NCBI GenBank assembly: GCA_050575255.1
Contig: JBNZDD010013590.1
Span: forward strand, 1,737,534 to 1,801,533
Source of the DNA: Harriotta raleighana
Lineage: Eukaryota
Direction of reading: 5' to 3'
Length of the DNA stretch: 64,000 bases
Both the position numbers and the translations under genes were made by a program. The notes beneath the pieces are model-generated. The model was not told the DNA's origin. It searched no databases and saw nothing but the letters and a program-made list of their open reading frames with translations. Each line of letters starts with the position of its first letter. Within the stretch, counting starts at the first letter, position 1. Positions 47,682 through 60,990 of this stretch are shown piece after piece.

Positions 47682-48888
47682 CCGTAAAAGCTTATCCATC
47701 ACTCAATGAACCAGAACTTCCGTTTAACTGGCAAGTCAAAAAAAGGCCCCATCCGATAAATCGGAAGTTATCTGGCAGAATAGCAGTGGCGCATTTAATG
47801 AATCGACTATTGCACGAGTGTATTGTACAGGTATTTCGGCTTGCCTCTAGTACAGCCTGAAAGTTGAGCTGCCGTATTTTGTTAAAGTTGCTCAGCTTTT
47901 TTTTAAATTGCACTGCCATTTTTTTTCCTCCCGTGGTGGTCGTCATTGCAGAAGTTAAGTATAAATAACAAAGTATTAATACAATATTCTGTTATTACNT
48001 GTATTGTACAGGTATTTCGGCTTACCGCTAGTACAGCCTGAAAGTTGAGCTGCCGTATTTTGTTAAACTTGCTCTGCTTTTTTTTTTAAATCGCGCTGCC
48101 ATTTGTTTTCCTCCCGTGGTGGTGGTTATTGCAGAAGTCAAGTATAAATAATAAAGTATTAATACAATATTCTGTTATTACAGTATCTGTTATTAGTGTA
48201 TTTAGTCTATTATTTATATGGTACAGTGTACAACATTTACAATAAAGTACCCATTCAATATTCTGTTATTATCTGTTATTATTTAGTCTATTATTAATAT
48301 GGAATCTGTTAAAATATATATATTTTTTTTGTGATGGGTTTTCGGCATCGAATCCGACCGACCTCTCTGCCTCTCTGCCCCCACACTATGGAACTCCNNN
48401 NNNNNNNNTATCTGTTATTAGTGTATTTAGTCTATTATTTATATGGTACAGTGTACAACATTTACAATAGAGTACCCATACAATATTCTGTTATTATCTG
48501 TTATTATTTAGTCTATTATTAATATGGAATCTGTTAAAATAAATAAATTTGTTTTGTGATGGGTTTTCAGCATCGAATCCGACCGACCTCTCTGCCTCTC
48601 TGCCCCCATACTATGGAACTCCATCCTGCAGTCCCTCTGCCTTGCTTCCTCCCTTTCCTCCTTCAANTAACTCTTCCCCCTCCCCCACTCTCCTTCCCCC
48701 TCCCCCTACCCCCAATCCTCCACCCATGCTCAGGTCCCAACCTGACTGTTCAGCACTTTAGGACGTCCTCCCGACACGAAAGGCGCTATTTAAGTGTAAT
48801 TTTGTTGTTTTTGCTGTTATTTAAACGGAAAGCCATTTAACCGGCATTGGCCAGGTCCCGCGAGTACCGGAGAAATGGGCTTTTACTG
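47682..48888 (-). mobile_element. Tigger/pogo-type MITE with a nested L2 tail (~48590-48815) and gap-associated duplications
   Basis: ta|ccgtaaaagcttatcc ... gggcttttactg|ta; reverse-colinear with the 17887 copy. Confidence 0.85.
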
Positions 48889-49593
48889 TACTTGCTACCA
48901 CAGAATAGCCAGTGCAAATAAAGTCGACACATGACTCGCCAATCAGCACTTTTACTGAGCATGCAGTTTATGATCCGAAAGGCATGCGGCCATGTGTTCT
49001 CTCAATATAGATTACCCTTGCTCCATCAATCCTGTATTTACTCCAGCAATATTCAGGATAAAGCATTTGAAAGTCTGAAAATGGATGTCATCGTATTTCT
49101 GTGAGCTTTTCTTGCAGAATAGAGGTATTTGTTTAACTGCTTCCGGTATTGAAAATCAAGCAAAGCTGATGAGATGCCAAATTGTTTTTAGATTATCATT
49201 TCTTTTGCTTCAGTGATGAAGTCTTATCAGGTTCTGTTTTTGACTGTAATGAAGTTCGTGTTCCATTCTGCAGACTACCAGTGGATACATTTTTTTCTCT
49301 ACACTATCTGTCTCTGGTTCTGCATTGCACTGGAACCAAAGCATTCATCTAAAGGACGTCATAAATTGAAAACGAAATTATTTCTGAAAAAAAGGGATGC
49401 AATAATTTACTGAATGGAGTAAGTGTTCACTGTTACAATTATGCCAGTGCTTCCCTTGTTTGTGTCTTTTAATACTGTAACAATCCGTATATTGGATATA
49501 GTGTCAAAATGTCTCTCAACTTTAAAGATAACTGCAGTCAACTGTAATGACTGTGTAATATTCTTAGTCAAATTATTTTAAAATTATGACATT

Positions 49594-49846
49594 AATAATA
49601 ATAATGCATTTGATATAGCGCTTTTCATGTCTTCTGGACTTCTTATAGCACTTCACAGAATATACTGTAAAGTGAATTGACTGTATATTTGTGGGTGAAA
49701 TGCGGCAGCCAATTGCGCACAGCAGTGTTCCACAAACAATCATGGATTGAAATGAACAAATTTATTATTGTGTTTCTTTTGGAGGGATTATTATTAGGCG
49801 TGTGGAGTAACAAGACTTCCCCAAGATTTCGCCCTGACTTGCCTGG
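49594..49846 (-). mobile_element. Deu SINE, head missing
   Basis: Reverse copy of the short-family body and tail. Confidence 0.88.
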
Positions 49847-50136
49847 TGGGCTTTTTTCTTGTATTAAGTTTCATGCTGCCTGTCTTGTCTACCCCACAAA
49901 ATGTTACTACTTAAGACAACTTTTAGACATTTCCACCAAAGCTATCCCTGCTACTCTAAATTAAAGCAGTTTGTCAAGTTTAAAACAGAAACCTTCTTAA
50001 AGCAACATGGGTATCAGGTTCGATCCCCAGCTTTCCTTTTTACCACACATCTGTTCCACGACAGGGGCCACTTTCTTCCTTCCACCTCTGCCACATTGCC
50101 CATCTTCATTTGTATCTCACCACCAACATAGCCAAA

Positions 50137-50272
50137 ACTCTGACGAAGGGTCGTGGACCCGAAATGTTGACTCACTTTCCCTTCTCCATGGATGGATTGT
50201 CTGCTGAGTTTCCCCAGTAACTTCTGTGTTTCTTCTCAGATTCCCAGCATCTGCAGTATTTTGTGTTTTGTT
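50137..50272 (+). mobile_element. Penelope terminal repeat only, beginning at the hammerhead motif
   Basis: CTGACGA-agggtcgtggaccc-GAAA at 50140-50164; flanked by tagccaaa (50129-50136 and 50273-50280). Confidence 0.8.
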
Positions 50273-50975
50273 TAGCCAAACTCTCATGGACATTCTACCT
50301 GATGCAGGAAGTTGCTATGCTATTTGTAACTATGTTTGCCCTTGTAGCTGATTCAGCTTTGTTACAAATAAAAAAAGTCATGATCATGGAAGCTGGCAAA
50401 ATCATTTTTGTAGCTGGCATTTTACCTTCGAAACTTTTGTTGGACTTTTCCAGCCTTCTCTGACCTGAGGAATGTCCTGAAAAGAAAATGGATCTCAGAC
50501 TGACTGCCAACATTTCCAAAGTACAGTGTACCCTTGGATTCCCTCAACCCTCATCTTCTTTTCTATCATCTCCACCAAAATATAACTGGTAACACTCCTG
50601 CAACTACACTTTTGCTCAGATAACTTCTCTTTACCATATATTGTGTGGACAGAAGTTAGGCCTCTTCAGTTTTGAAAAAATATTTTAAATATGATTGAAA
50701 AAGTAACTCAGAACCATACTCAAATACTCCAAGACATTCAAGCAAGAGAATAATAGGCTTAGAGTTGCAAAGAAAAAACTCAAGACAGACATCCAGACAT
50801 ATTTTTTCATCCAGTGGGTAATTAAGGATTGGAATAGATTTCCAGGAAAAATGGTTGAGGGCAGGACACTAGATTTATTTTATAAACAGCCTGATGCTGT
50901 GATGGAAAGATGGTAGGATGGGTATTTTGGAAGGATGAGATCAAATGAGTCAAAGGGCCTTCTTCCCCCAAACCA

Positions 50976-51284
50976 ATAATTATAATAATAATCATCCCTG
51001 CATTTGATATAGGGCTTTTCATATCTTCTAGACGTCACAGATGCACTGTAAAGTGAATTGACAGTATATATGTGGGCGAAACATGGCAGCCAATTGCGCA
51101 CAGCGGTGTCCCACAAACAGTCATGGATTGAAATGACCAATTTATTATTGTTTATTTTATTTGAGGGATTATTATTAGGACTATGGAATAAGGAAATTTG
51201 CCCAAGGTTTCATTCTGCCTGGAATTGAACCCAGGTCTCTCGCTTGTAATGTGAGTGCTCCAACCCCTGAGCTACAGGACTCCA
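50976..51284 (-). mobile_element. tRNA-headed Deu-domain SINE
   Basis: Full-length reverse copy; an old CR1 3' fragment lies just upstream (~50720-50975). Confidence 0.9.
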
Positions 51285-52035
51285 CAATCCTGTGAACCTA
51301 CAAATAAGAACACTAACTGGTCTCAGTAACCCACTTTTGGTAAGGGAAAATATCAACCAGGTTTCCTGCTATCCAGCCATCCCTGCTAGAAGGTGTACAT
51401 GTCTAAATATTCATTTAGAGATTAAGGGAGAACTGTATAAGGCTCAGATACAAAATCTCCCAAAGTCGCCAGTCATTTGAATGAGATTCCAGATAGCAAT
51501 CAGTGTTTATCAAATGAAGCAGTAGTACTATGTAGAATGCAGAAAGAAAATTAACAAAATTAACCAGAAACAAAATTGCTATTTGTTTACAATGATCATG
51601 TCTCAAGGTCATGTTTGTTTTTGTTGGAATTTAGAAGTGAAAGGAATTTAAAGAGAGGAGTCTACTAATAATAATAATCCTTGCATTTACCTTAACATGT
51701 CTTTGAAACATCTAAGAATGTTTCACAGAATATACTGTAAAGTGAATTGACAATATATTTTGTGGGCGAAATATGGCAGCCAATTGCGCACAGCAGTGAT
51801 TTGGTAAAACTGCAGATAATTCACGATTATCGGAGGTTTGCACTGAAACAAAATATATATTGTGAATTAGTCAAACTATTGGAAACTTGAGGTATTTTAT
51901 TCAATTATTTAAATTATGTGACTGGTAATACTGGACTCACCATTTGTTTATTAAGCAAATATTTTGCCATTATTTTTTGCTCGTGGATAATTTTATGATC
52001 GCTTAAATATTCCAATAATTTCTCTCATTTCAATC

Positions 52036-52762
52036 TATTGCTCTTTGTAATCTACATCAATGATCTGGACTTGGGTGTAAAGAGTACAGTTTCCAAGTTT
52101 GCAGATGACACTAAGTTAGGGAGAATAGTAAATAGTGAGGAGGATAGTAACCATCTGCAAGAAGATATAGACAAATTGGTAAAGTGGGCAGACACATGGC
52201 AGATGAAGTTTAATGCAGAGAAGTGTGAGGTGATNNNNNNNNNNNNNNNNNNNNNNNNNNNNNNNNNNNNNNNNNNNNNNNNNNNNNNNNNNNNNNNNNN
52301 NNNNNNNNNNNNNNNNNNNNNNNNNNNNNNNNNNNNNNNNNNNNNNNNNNNNNNNNNNNNNNNNNNNNNNNNNNNNNNNNNNNNNNNNNNNNNNNNNNNN
52401 NNNNNNNNNNNNNNNNNNNNNNNNNNNNNNNNNNNNNNNNNNNNNNNNNNNNNNNNNNNNNNNNNNNNNNNNNNNNNNNNNNNNNNNNNNNNNNNNNNNN
52501 NNNNNNNNNNNNNNNNNNNNNNNNNNNNNNNNNNNNNNNNNNNNNNNNCTGGAATGCATTGCCTGAAAAGGTGGTGGAGGCTGATTCGATAACAACTTTT
52601 AAAAGGGAATTAGATCTTTATTTAGGGAGAACAGGTCTATTAGGCTATGGGGAGCGAGCAGGGCAGTGGGATTAAATCGCTCTTTTCAAAGAGCCGGCAC
52701 AGACTAGATGGGCCGAATGGCTTCTTTTTGTGCCGTAAAATTCTATGAATCTATGAATCTAT
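52036..52762 (+). mobile_element. CR1 LINE 3' part, young (gap inside)
   Basis: LFVIYINDLD...SKFADDTKLG...WQMKFNAEKCEV; the 3' ~205 bp is nearly identical to 17532-17738. Confidence 0.95.
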
Positions 52763-55568
52763 TTATGATATAATTATAATTGCAAGGGCACAGAGACATT
52801 TGCAGGTCAAATAACTATTCCTTAGCTCCATTCCATGGTTGCAATTAATTTTAATAAGATAAATTACTAATGATGTATTCAGCAATATTAAGAATTTCCA
52901 TTAAGATCATTCAGCCCACAAACAGTATCCTCTGAAACACTGATATTTTAACATTTTAAAGATTTACATTTGATTACACGGGGAACCATCTCTCCATTGT
53001 CGTTCCTCAAACATTTCTGAGTACAGTATATAGATCTACGTCTTCAGAGACTTGGCTTGACCTGAGAAAGATTTATTGTCTGCATATAGACTCATTACAT
53101 TTCATTACCCACTGATTAGCATTTTTAAGTGCCAGCGACATGTTTGTGGCAGTGGGCTTCGAGTAATGCTTCAAGCAATGTAAATGATTAAAGATAAAGT
53201 CTGCCTGGAATTTTAATAATGCGATTGCTTTTGTGCATGTTTTGTGTGGATGTATTTTTCTAGTTGTTTCTTTCTAATCTTTTCTGAACTCTCCACCGCC
53301 TTTCATCACTTCACCAAGTAGTTCATACAGTATGCAGTTACTGAAATAATAATCACAATCCTTCCATACAATTGACATAGCACCTTTCGGAGGACTTCTT
53401 AAAGCGCTTCACAAGACTTACTGTGAATTGCAGTGACTGTGTATTTCTGGGTGCACCAGGCAACCAATTATGGGCATAGTGGTGACCCAGAAAAAACAAG
53501 AAGTGAATAACCAATTTTATTCACAGGATTACTGGCCAGAAAACTCAAGAAACTCTTTTCAAATAATGCCATGGATTCTTTAAATGTCCACCTGAACAGG
53601 CAAACAGGATTTTGTTTTTTCTCTCATGTATTTCTCTCATTGTTAGACACGAATAACAATGCAAGACAGAGATGAAGTCGTAATTTACACTATGACTGCA
53701 CAGAAAATTGGCTGCTTTGTTTGCCTAAAAGTACAATCTTCAAGACGTCTCAAAGCACTTCCCAGAATATATTGTAAAGTGAATTGACTATTTGTGTAGG
53801 CGACATGCAGCAGTGAGTTGCACAGAGCATGTCATACAACAACAACAACAACAATCATGGATTGAGTGACCAAATAATGACCTGGGATTACAGTCAATTT
53901 TGTAAAGTGGTTTGAATGTGTATTTTGTGCGAGACTGCAAGAGTCTGTTTGTACCAGCGTACCTTATTAAACTCTCTTTGTAAGAATGTTCCTCTGGCTA
54001 GGCTAACAAACAAACAAGATTTTATAATCATTCTTTCTAAATGTAGGGACACAGGAATTTTCAGGTACAGAAGATCAATTGTGGGTCAATTAGTTGGTCT
54101 CGTCTTAGTCCTCACCTTATAACCAATCAATGGCTTCAGGACCACCTGCCAGCTGAGTTGATATAAATTGTTTTACCATATTTAGTAATAGCTTCAGGCA
54201 GCAGTATTGTTCCTTCTGTCTTACCATTAAACTTCCCAAAAGATTTATTTGACACATACATGTCATCAACTAATAAAGCTGTTAATGTCCGCTGATGTGA
54301 ATTGACTCATGAAGCATATTTTCAGCGTGGAGCTGCATTTTCACTCAAAATTAATCAATGTCTAAAGATCGCCCCAAAGGTCAGGAGTGAATGCTGCTAC
54401 ACTGATTCTTGTGATAGGGACAAATGCAGTGGATGTATTGCAAAATGAATAATCAGCATGCAATAAATGGTACCAAAAGCCACGCATACTTTTTGAAGTA
54501 TTCCCCAAATGTGTTTCTTGCTGTTTGAATGCTTACGTTTGTTAATGAATAAATCTACCTCATCTGGTCAACAGGTAAAAAAACCCACTGTCTTTAACAA
54601 TTTAAGCAATCAGTCTGCAGAAGTACATTATTGGATTAATGTACATGTAATGATGATAATCACAGATACATTTTACTCCAACGATTTGGCTGTGACCTAT
54701 GAATTAATGATTAACTCCTTCCAAATTAAACAGGCTCTCCAAAAGTAGAAGGTGGAGTGAGACATTTGCTTACAAAGCTGCTGTCATCACCCAGTGCAAA
54801 TGTATCCTGCAGTGAACCTTTAGAGATTCACATGCAGGGTCTTGTAATTAAAAGCTTTGAGTTTATTTGATTTGGGGAAAAGGAAAGTTAATCTCATCTC
54901 TACATTCGCCACATGAATGAGATACAAGCAAAGAGACAATCACTGTTGAAAAGAACAACAAGAATAGGGAAACTGTAATTATTATTTTTAATGTAGCCAT
55001 CTTTAACAATCAATAAATCTCATTCACAGAATAATTATTTGTTACAAATATTTTTAGAATTCAAGGAGAATCCAATAAATAGGAATTAAGGACCTCTGTA
55101 CCTATCAAGGCTATTCCACCACAGATCTTTCCTTTGCAGTGTTATCTACCACTGCTGACCCCCCTATCAACCTGTCCACTTCCTCCTTTCAGCAGTCTCC
55201 TGCCTGCTCCATATCTCCTGATTATAGATTAATGTCTTAGTGGGCAATGGGAAATTTCCCAGTGTTCCCAATAAAAGTTTTTAGCTAGTTACTAGCTATT
55301 ACTATTACTCCTGCAGTATTCCAAGTACACTCTGAGGACACTAAGTGTTGATCGTTGCCAACCTGAATCGAAAATCTCCCCAATTAAATAAAGAACGTGC
55401 ATCAGGATGAGAGAGGCCATGCACTTCATTACTGAGGAACAAAAATAAAGATACTCATGGTGATGATTATCCTTGTGAAACATCTGGCTGACCAAAAAAA
55501 AGTTTTGTTGATGGAATTTTGTCTATGAGGGAAGCAGGTCAGGATTGACTAATAAAGCTGTGGGGAAT

Positions 55569-55698
55569 ATCAATCAATCAAAATTTTATTTATATAGCGC
55601 CTTTCACGTCGGGAGGACGTCCCAAAGCGCTGTACAGCCAAGTAGGGGGGGAGGGCTCAGGGAAAGGAGTAGGAAAAATTGACTGTATATTTGTGGAT
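55569..55698 (-). mobile_element. Deu-core/L2 (GATT)n-tail chimeric element, 3' end
   Basis: Same junction as at ~37770-37879: caaatatacagtcaatttttcctact, pyrimidine spacer, L2 stem-loop. Confidence 0.75.
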
Positions 55699-55714
55699 AA
55701 GCAACGTTTCACTT

Positions 55715-56505
55715 GAACAAAACACGAAATACTACAGATGCTGGAAATCTGAAAAAAACACAGAAGTTGCTGGGGAATCTCAGCAAGTCAGGCAGCATCC
55801 ATGGAGAAAGGAAAGTGAGTCAACTTTTTGGGTCCATGACCCTTTGTCAGAACTGGGGAGTGTTTTGGAGGGAGAGGTTTTAAGGACATTAGGGTGGGGG
55901 GAGGCAGGACATGGAAGACAAAGAAGATAAAGGAAAAGGAGTGTGAAAACTGATGGATTGAAAATCTGATAACGATGTATAGGTGAGAAATAAAAAGTGG
56001 GGGTTGGTTTCAACGAAACTGGGAGAAGAGGTGTTTCATGGTGACAGAACAGACAAAAGGCAGGAGGTGTCTGGAGTTATGATGTAATGGGGGAGGGGGA
56101 GCTCTTATGGTGTGTATTGGCTGAAATCGATGTTGAGGCCAGAGGGCTGCAAGGTCCCCAGCAGATAGATGAGGTGCTGTTCCTCAAGCTTTCGCCGTGG
56201 GTCACTGGAACAGCGCAGGAGACCATGGATGGAAAGGTCAGCCTCTGAATGTGAGCGCAAGTTGAAATGGAGGGAGACCAGAAAATCAGGGTTGACTTTC
56301 CGTACAGAGTGAAGGTGCTCTGCAATCTAGTCTCCCCAATATGGAGGAGGCCACATCGTGAGCAGCAGATGCAGCATACTACATTGGTGGTAGTACATGT
56401 GAATCGCTGCCTCACATGAAAGCTGTGTTTTAGCCCCTGGGAAGTGGTTTGGGTGGAGGTGAAAGGGCAGGTTTTGCTTCTCTTGCGATGGCACGGGAAG
56501 GTTTC
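55715..56505 (-). mobile_element. Penelope-like retroelement, 5'-truncated (GIY-YIG endonuclease fragment plus terminal repeat)
   Basis: CPFT...FHVRQRFTCTTTNVVCCICCSRCGLLHIGET; decayed hammerhead at 55818-55854; 11-bp TSD acgtttcactt at 55704-55714 and 56506-56516. Confidence 0.92.
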
Positions 56506-57667
56506 ACGTTTCACTTAATTGCCTGTGGTGATCATAATAACGATAATAACAATAATAATCTTTACATTTCATATGGTGCCTTTCAAGTCAGCCATACATC
56601 TCAAAGAGTATCATACAATATATTGTACAGTGTAGTCACTGTGTATGTTGTAGGCAAGTGTAGCAGCCAGGGAACTCAGGAAAATTAGAGTTTCTATATA
56701 AGAGGATTGAAGAATCGTGAGGGATTAAACACTTTGTGATGCTACCCAGTGTGAAGCCGGCTATATCAATGTTATTGTTTAATAGCCCCAAATAGAATAG
56801 GTTAGCTTGGTCCTCAGGAGCTCCCATGCTGAGCTGAATAGTTTTATTGTTCCGTGCCCTCTTTTACTGTTACACTCAAAGTTTAATATCTAATATTTTC
56901 ACCTTTTCTTCCGACAGGACTTGATCTGTTTTTCTCAAATACCTAAAAGCAAAGATGATTTCTGCCGTACCATGTTTGACAGCATTTACATGTTCTATCG
57001 GGATTCAATCTGAACAGAGTCAGAGATTTTTCTTTCTGCCTTTGATTGCTACTACGTCCAGCGCAGTGTACAACTTTCCTATCTGCACAGCAGCCTGCCG
57101 GGTTCCCCATTTGTTAGTGAAAATCAACTATTATTCCTTGTGGGAAACATAAAGCATATCACACCAGTTTACTGTTGTGACATATCTTCACGGATAATTT
57201 ATTTTTGGTCAACAATAGCAACTGCATCACTGACCAACAGCATGACAGATTACAGCATAGAACTGCAAAATTAACAAACACCCAGCATCACTTTAGTGAT
57301 ATGTATCTTGAGCTGTGAAGCCAGTGAATGAGAAATGGCTGATTGTGCAGTAATGAGAATATGTACACAAATACCTCAGCTTCTCACAGCATCGGGAGAA
57401 AGGTTTTCACTGCATGTAAAGGATTTTACTTTAGATTTATTTTCAACACATGAGGCCCTAAACTCTATCTTGTCTAATACATCCTGTTTTATAAAACAAG
57501 ATTACTCAGAAATTGTAGTAATGTTTTTAAATGGGTCTTAACTCAGAAATCATTGTTTTTGCTTTGGAGGGTGTAATGGAAGCACATTTCACAAAGAGTT
57601 CCTTAACTTTTTCTTTCTTTTTTCATATATTTCCATAATTTTCCCCACAAAATTACAACAACCCATT

Positions 57668-57980
57668 GTGGAATCCTGTAGTTCTGTGACTGGAGCACAA
57701 GCGAGACACCTGGGTTCAATTCCCACCAGGGTGAAAACTTGGAAAAGTTTCCTTACTGCACATGCATGATAACAATCCCTCAAAAAAATCTGTAAGAAAT
57801 TGGTCACGTGAATTCACGATTGATTGTGGGACACTGCTGTGCGCAATTGGCTGCCATGTTTTGCCCAGAAAATGTACAGTCAATTCACTTTATATAGTAT
57901 ATTTTGTGAAATGCTTTGATATATATAGAAGTAAAAAGCGCTATCTCAAATGCAAGGATTATTCTTATTCTTATTACTAT
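57668..57980 (+). mobile_element. tRNA-headed Deu-domain SINE
   Basis: Head, Deu core and tail present. Confidence 0.88.
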
Positions 57981-58199
57981 CATGTTCGTCAATAATAACT
58001 TAAAGGTAGCCTGGAAGCAAACAAATTTCTGGATCTAATTTAATTGTATGACCTAATGTTTGGGAGCTTTTGCATTTGTAATTTTATGTTTTGAGACACC
58101 AAATTAAATGAAGATGTGAATATTGTTATTATACTAGGAGCTGGCTCGTTCAAATCTCCAGTGCCCGCTGATTGGAGAGAGCAATAAATTGGTGCAGTA

Positions 58200-58513
58200 T
58201 AATAATATAATAATAATCCTTCAATTTGATATAGCGCTTTTCACATCTTATCGAAGCCCCAAAGTGCTTCACAGAATATACTGTAAAGTAAGTTGACTGT
58301 ATATTTGTGGGCGGAATGCGGCAGCAGTGTCCCACAAACAGTCATGGATTGAAATGACCAATTTTATTATTGTGGTTTTTTTTGGAGGGATTATTATTAG
58401 GTGTGTGGAGTAAGGAAACTTGCCCAAGGTTTCGCCCTGATCTGCCTGGATTTGAACACAGGTCTCACGCTTGTAAGGCGAATGCTCTAACCACTGAGCA
58501 ACAGGAGCTCCAT
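58200..58513 (-). mobile_element. tRNA-headed Deu-domain SINE
   Basis: Reverse copy; forms an inverted pair with the 57668 copy. Confidence 0.9.
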
Positions 58514-59021
58514 AATATTAAGTGGTATTAAGATGGTGTGATGGTATGTTAAGTGATATGGGAAGACCAGGAACTGAGATGTGTGTATATCAAAGGTTTA
58601 ACTATACAGTAATAGGACATGGCAAAACTGTTTCCAAAACTCAATTGAAGGATATTCAATCAATCTGTGCTCCATCATTAGTAGCCGAGCTTTCAGTCAT
58701 TCAGTTGCCAACTACGTAAAAATAGATCTCAGCATCACTCAATCTCATCCCCTCTCACCCCACTTTCAAAACTCGCCTCAACACTTGCCTCTTTTACAAT
58801 GGTTTTGGTTCCTCTCCACACTTGTCAAATACACTCTCCCCTTTCGACTCCAGTGCTCAGACAGCTGTATTAAACATTTTGTAACATCCATCCAATGTGA
58901 AAGCTGCTATATAAATGTCCATTGTATTGTATAATCTTTTTTAAAGATATAATAATCTTACAGATAGAATACTGGACCTCAGAAGTTTGTTTCTATAACC
59001 AGTTCTACCACTGTTTATCAT

Positions 59022-60530
59022 ACAACAACTACAACAAAATTACAGTTGTATAGCCGTTTCAGGTCAGCGGGACGTCGCAAGGGATTTGGGGTGACTGATG
59101 GGAATGTTGAAGAGGAGGGTCTTGAGATGGGGATTGAAGGAGGCTAGGGAGTGGGTGAGGCGGAGGGACTGCAGGATGGAATTCCAGAGGTTAGGGCAGA
59201 GCCTGCCAATGATGGGGTGGGTGAGTTGGGGGATAGGGTGCAGGCCGGAGCCTGCTGAGCGGAGGGGGCAGACGTTGGTAGGGGATTAGAAGGTTGCAGA
59301 GGTAGAGTGGGGTGAAGCCGTGGAGGGCTTTGAATGCGAGGACCAGGATCTTCAATTAAATCCTCTGTATAATGGGGAGCCAATGGAGTCGGGCAAAAAT
59401 GGGGGAGATGGGGTACGGAACACAGAGTTCTAGATTATCTGCAGCCTATGGAGGGAGGAATTGGGAAGGCCGACAAGCATGGCATTGGCGTAGTCAAGCC
59501 TGGATGTGATGAAAACATGAATGAGGGTTTCAGCGGCATGAGGGGTGAGGTAGTGCAGAGTCAGGCAAGATGTAGGTGGAAGGCAAAGCAGGTTATAGCT
59601 TGGATTTGGTGTTGAAAAGACAGTTGAGGATGGATACCTAGATTCCTGACTGGCTTGGTGAGGTTGAGTGTACAAGCATGGAGGTTGAGGCTTCCAGTGC
59701 CTGATGTGTGAAGGTGCTGGCACGAGCCAATCAGGAGGGCCTCGGTCTTGTTGACATTCAACTGTAGAAAGTTAGCTCTCATCCAGGACTTGATGTCTGA
59801 CAGGCAGTCTGTTAGGGCCGCAGTGGTCCTGGAGTCAAGCGTAGAAGTAGAAAGATAGAGTTAGGTGTCATCCGCATAAATATGGAAGTTAACCCTATGT
59901 TGCCAAGGGGGAGTATGTAGATATTGAAAAGTAAGGGTCTAAGGACAGAGTCCTGGGGGACGCCACAGGTGATAGTGCAGGAGTTGGAAGTGAAGCCATT
60001 GGTAGCGACAAGGTGGAGACGATGAGAATGATAAGTCGCACCAGGGGATGTTGAGCTGGGAGGAAAGGCTGTGTAGGAGGATGGAGTGGTGGAACAGTGT
60101 CAATGGTAGCAGAGAGTATAAGAAGGATGAGGAAGCAGAGAGAGCCCTATTCACAGATGTTTAAAATGTCATTAGAGTCTTTGACCAGGGCTTTCTCTTT
60201 ACTATGGACAGCATGGAAACCAGATTGTTGGGGTTCAAAGAGGGAATGGCGAATGAGAATGGAATGAAGCTGTGAAGCAACGACTTGTTCCAGGGCCTTA
60301 GAGAGGAATGGGAGGTTGGAGATGGGGCAGTAGCTGAAGAGTAACGATGGGTGCAGCAAAGGTTTTTTCAGGATGGGGTGATGACAGCTGTTTTTAGAGG
60401 GGTGGAAATCGTGCTGGTGAATAGGGAGAAGTTGACAATGTCTTCTAATGATAGGAGATGATCTAAGAGGTGTAGCTGGGAGATGAGGAAAGAGGGCTGA
60501 ATGGGTCGAGAGGATAGGTGATGGATTTAA
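59022..60530 (-). mobile_element. L2 LINE, ~1.5 kb 3' part including RT
   Basis: YCPISNLPFLSKALEQVV, QSGFHAVHS, FLQLNVNKTEALLIG, ETLIHVFITSRLDYAN; (TTG)-like tail at 59022. Confidence 0.93.
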
Positions 60531-60689
60531 TTATCATAGACAAGAACTTGTTTCAGGTAATCTGTGTATTTTAAAATTTTAAATAACACCTCTAATAATC
60601 TGTTGTAGCTCAGTGTGCCATTCAAAGTTCAATCCTTGGTCTAGTGTTGGACAACACATGAAGAACTTGGAAGTTCCCAGATAAGTTCC

Positions 60690-60990
60690 TAGATGAATTC
60701 TCACGTTTGAACCCTAGTCTTACTTTAATCTTTCTTAGCTGAGGTGGCACCTCAAGGGTTATGGATAACTGCGGTTTGGTTTGGTGTTAGTAGGGGAGAA
60801 GAAATCAGAAAGCATTTGCATTATCAAGTAACCTTTGTTGGAATTTTCATGTGTGGAATTTGGGTGAGGATAAGATTGGGCTCAACTGAGATTCTACACA
60901 AATACATCCCCTGCTGAAAATTTCTGCTTTGACATGAAATTGGCTGTTTGAGCAGGGTACCAGAAGGAACCAGGAGTTTCAGTGAGATAA
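60690..60990 (+). mobile_element. Family Y SINE-like repeat
   Basis: gggtgaggataagattgggctc...gacatgaaattggctgtttg matches the 14190 copy. Confidence 0.5.

Noticed and set aside
47819-48620. Two apparent internal duplications in the MITE
   Set aside because: Both junctions coincide with Ns (47999 and 48398-48408); probably uncollapsed haplotypes.
56918-57013. Strong acceptor followed by a short frame (DLICFSQIPKSKDD...)
   Set aside because: No recognisable homology, and its phase does not extend the 38159 exon; insufficient support.
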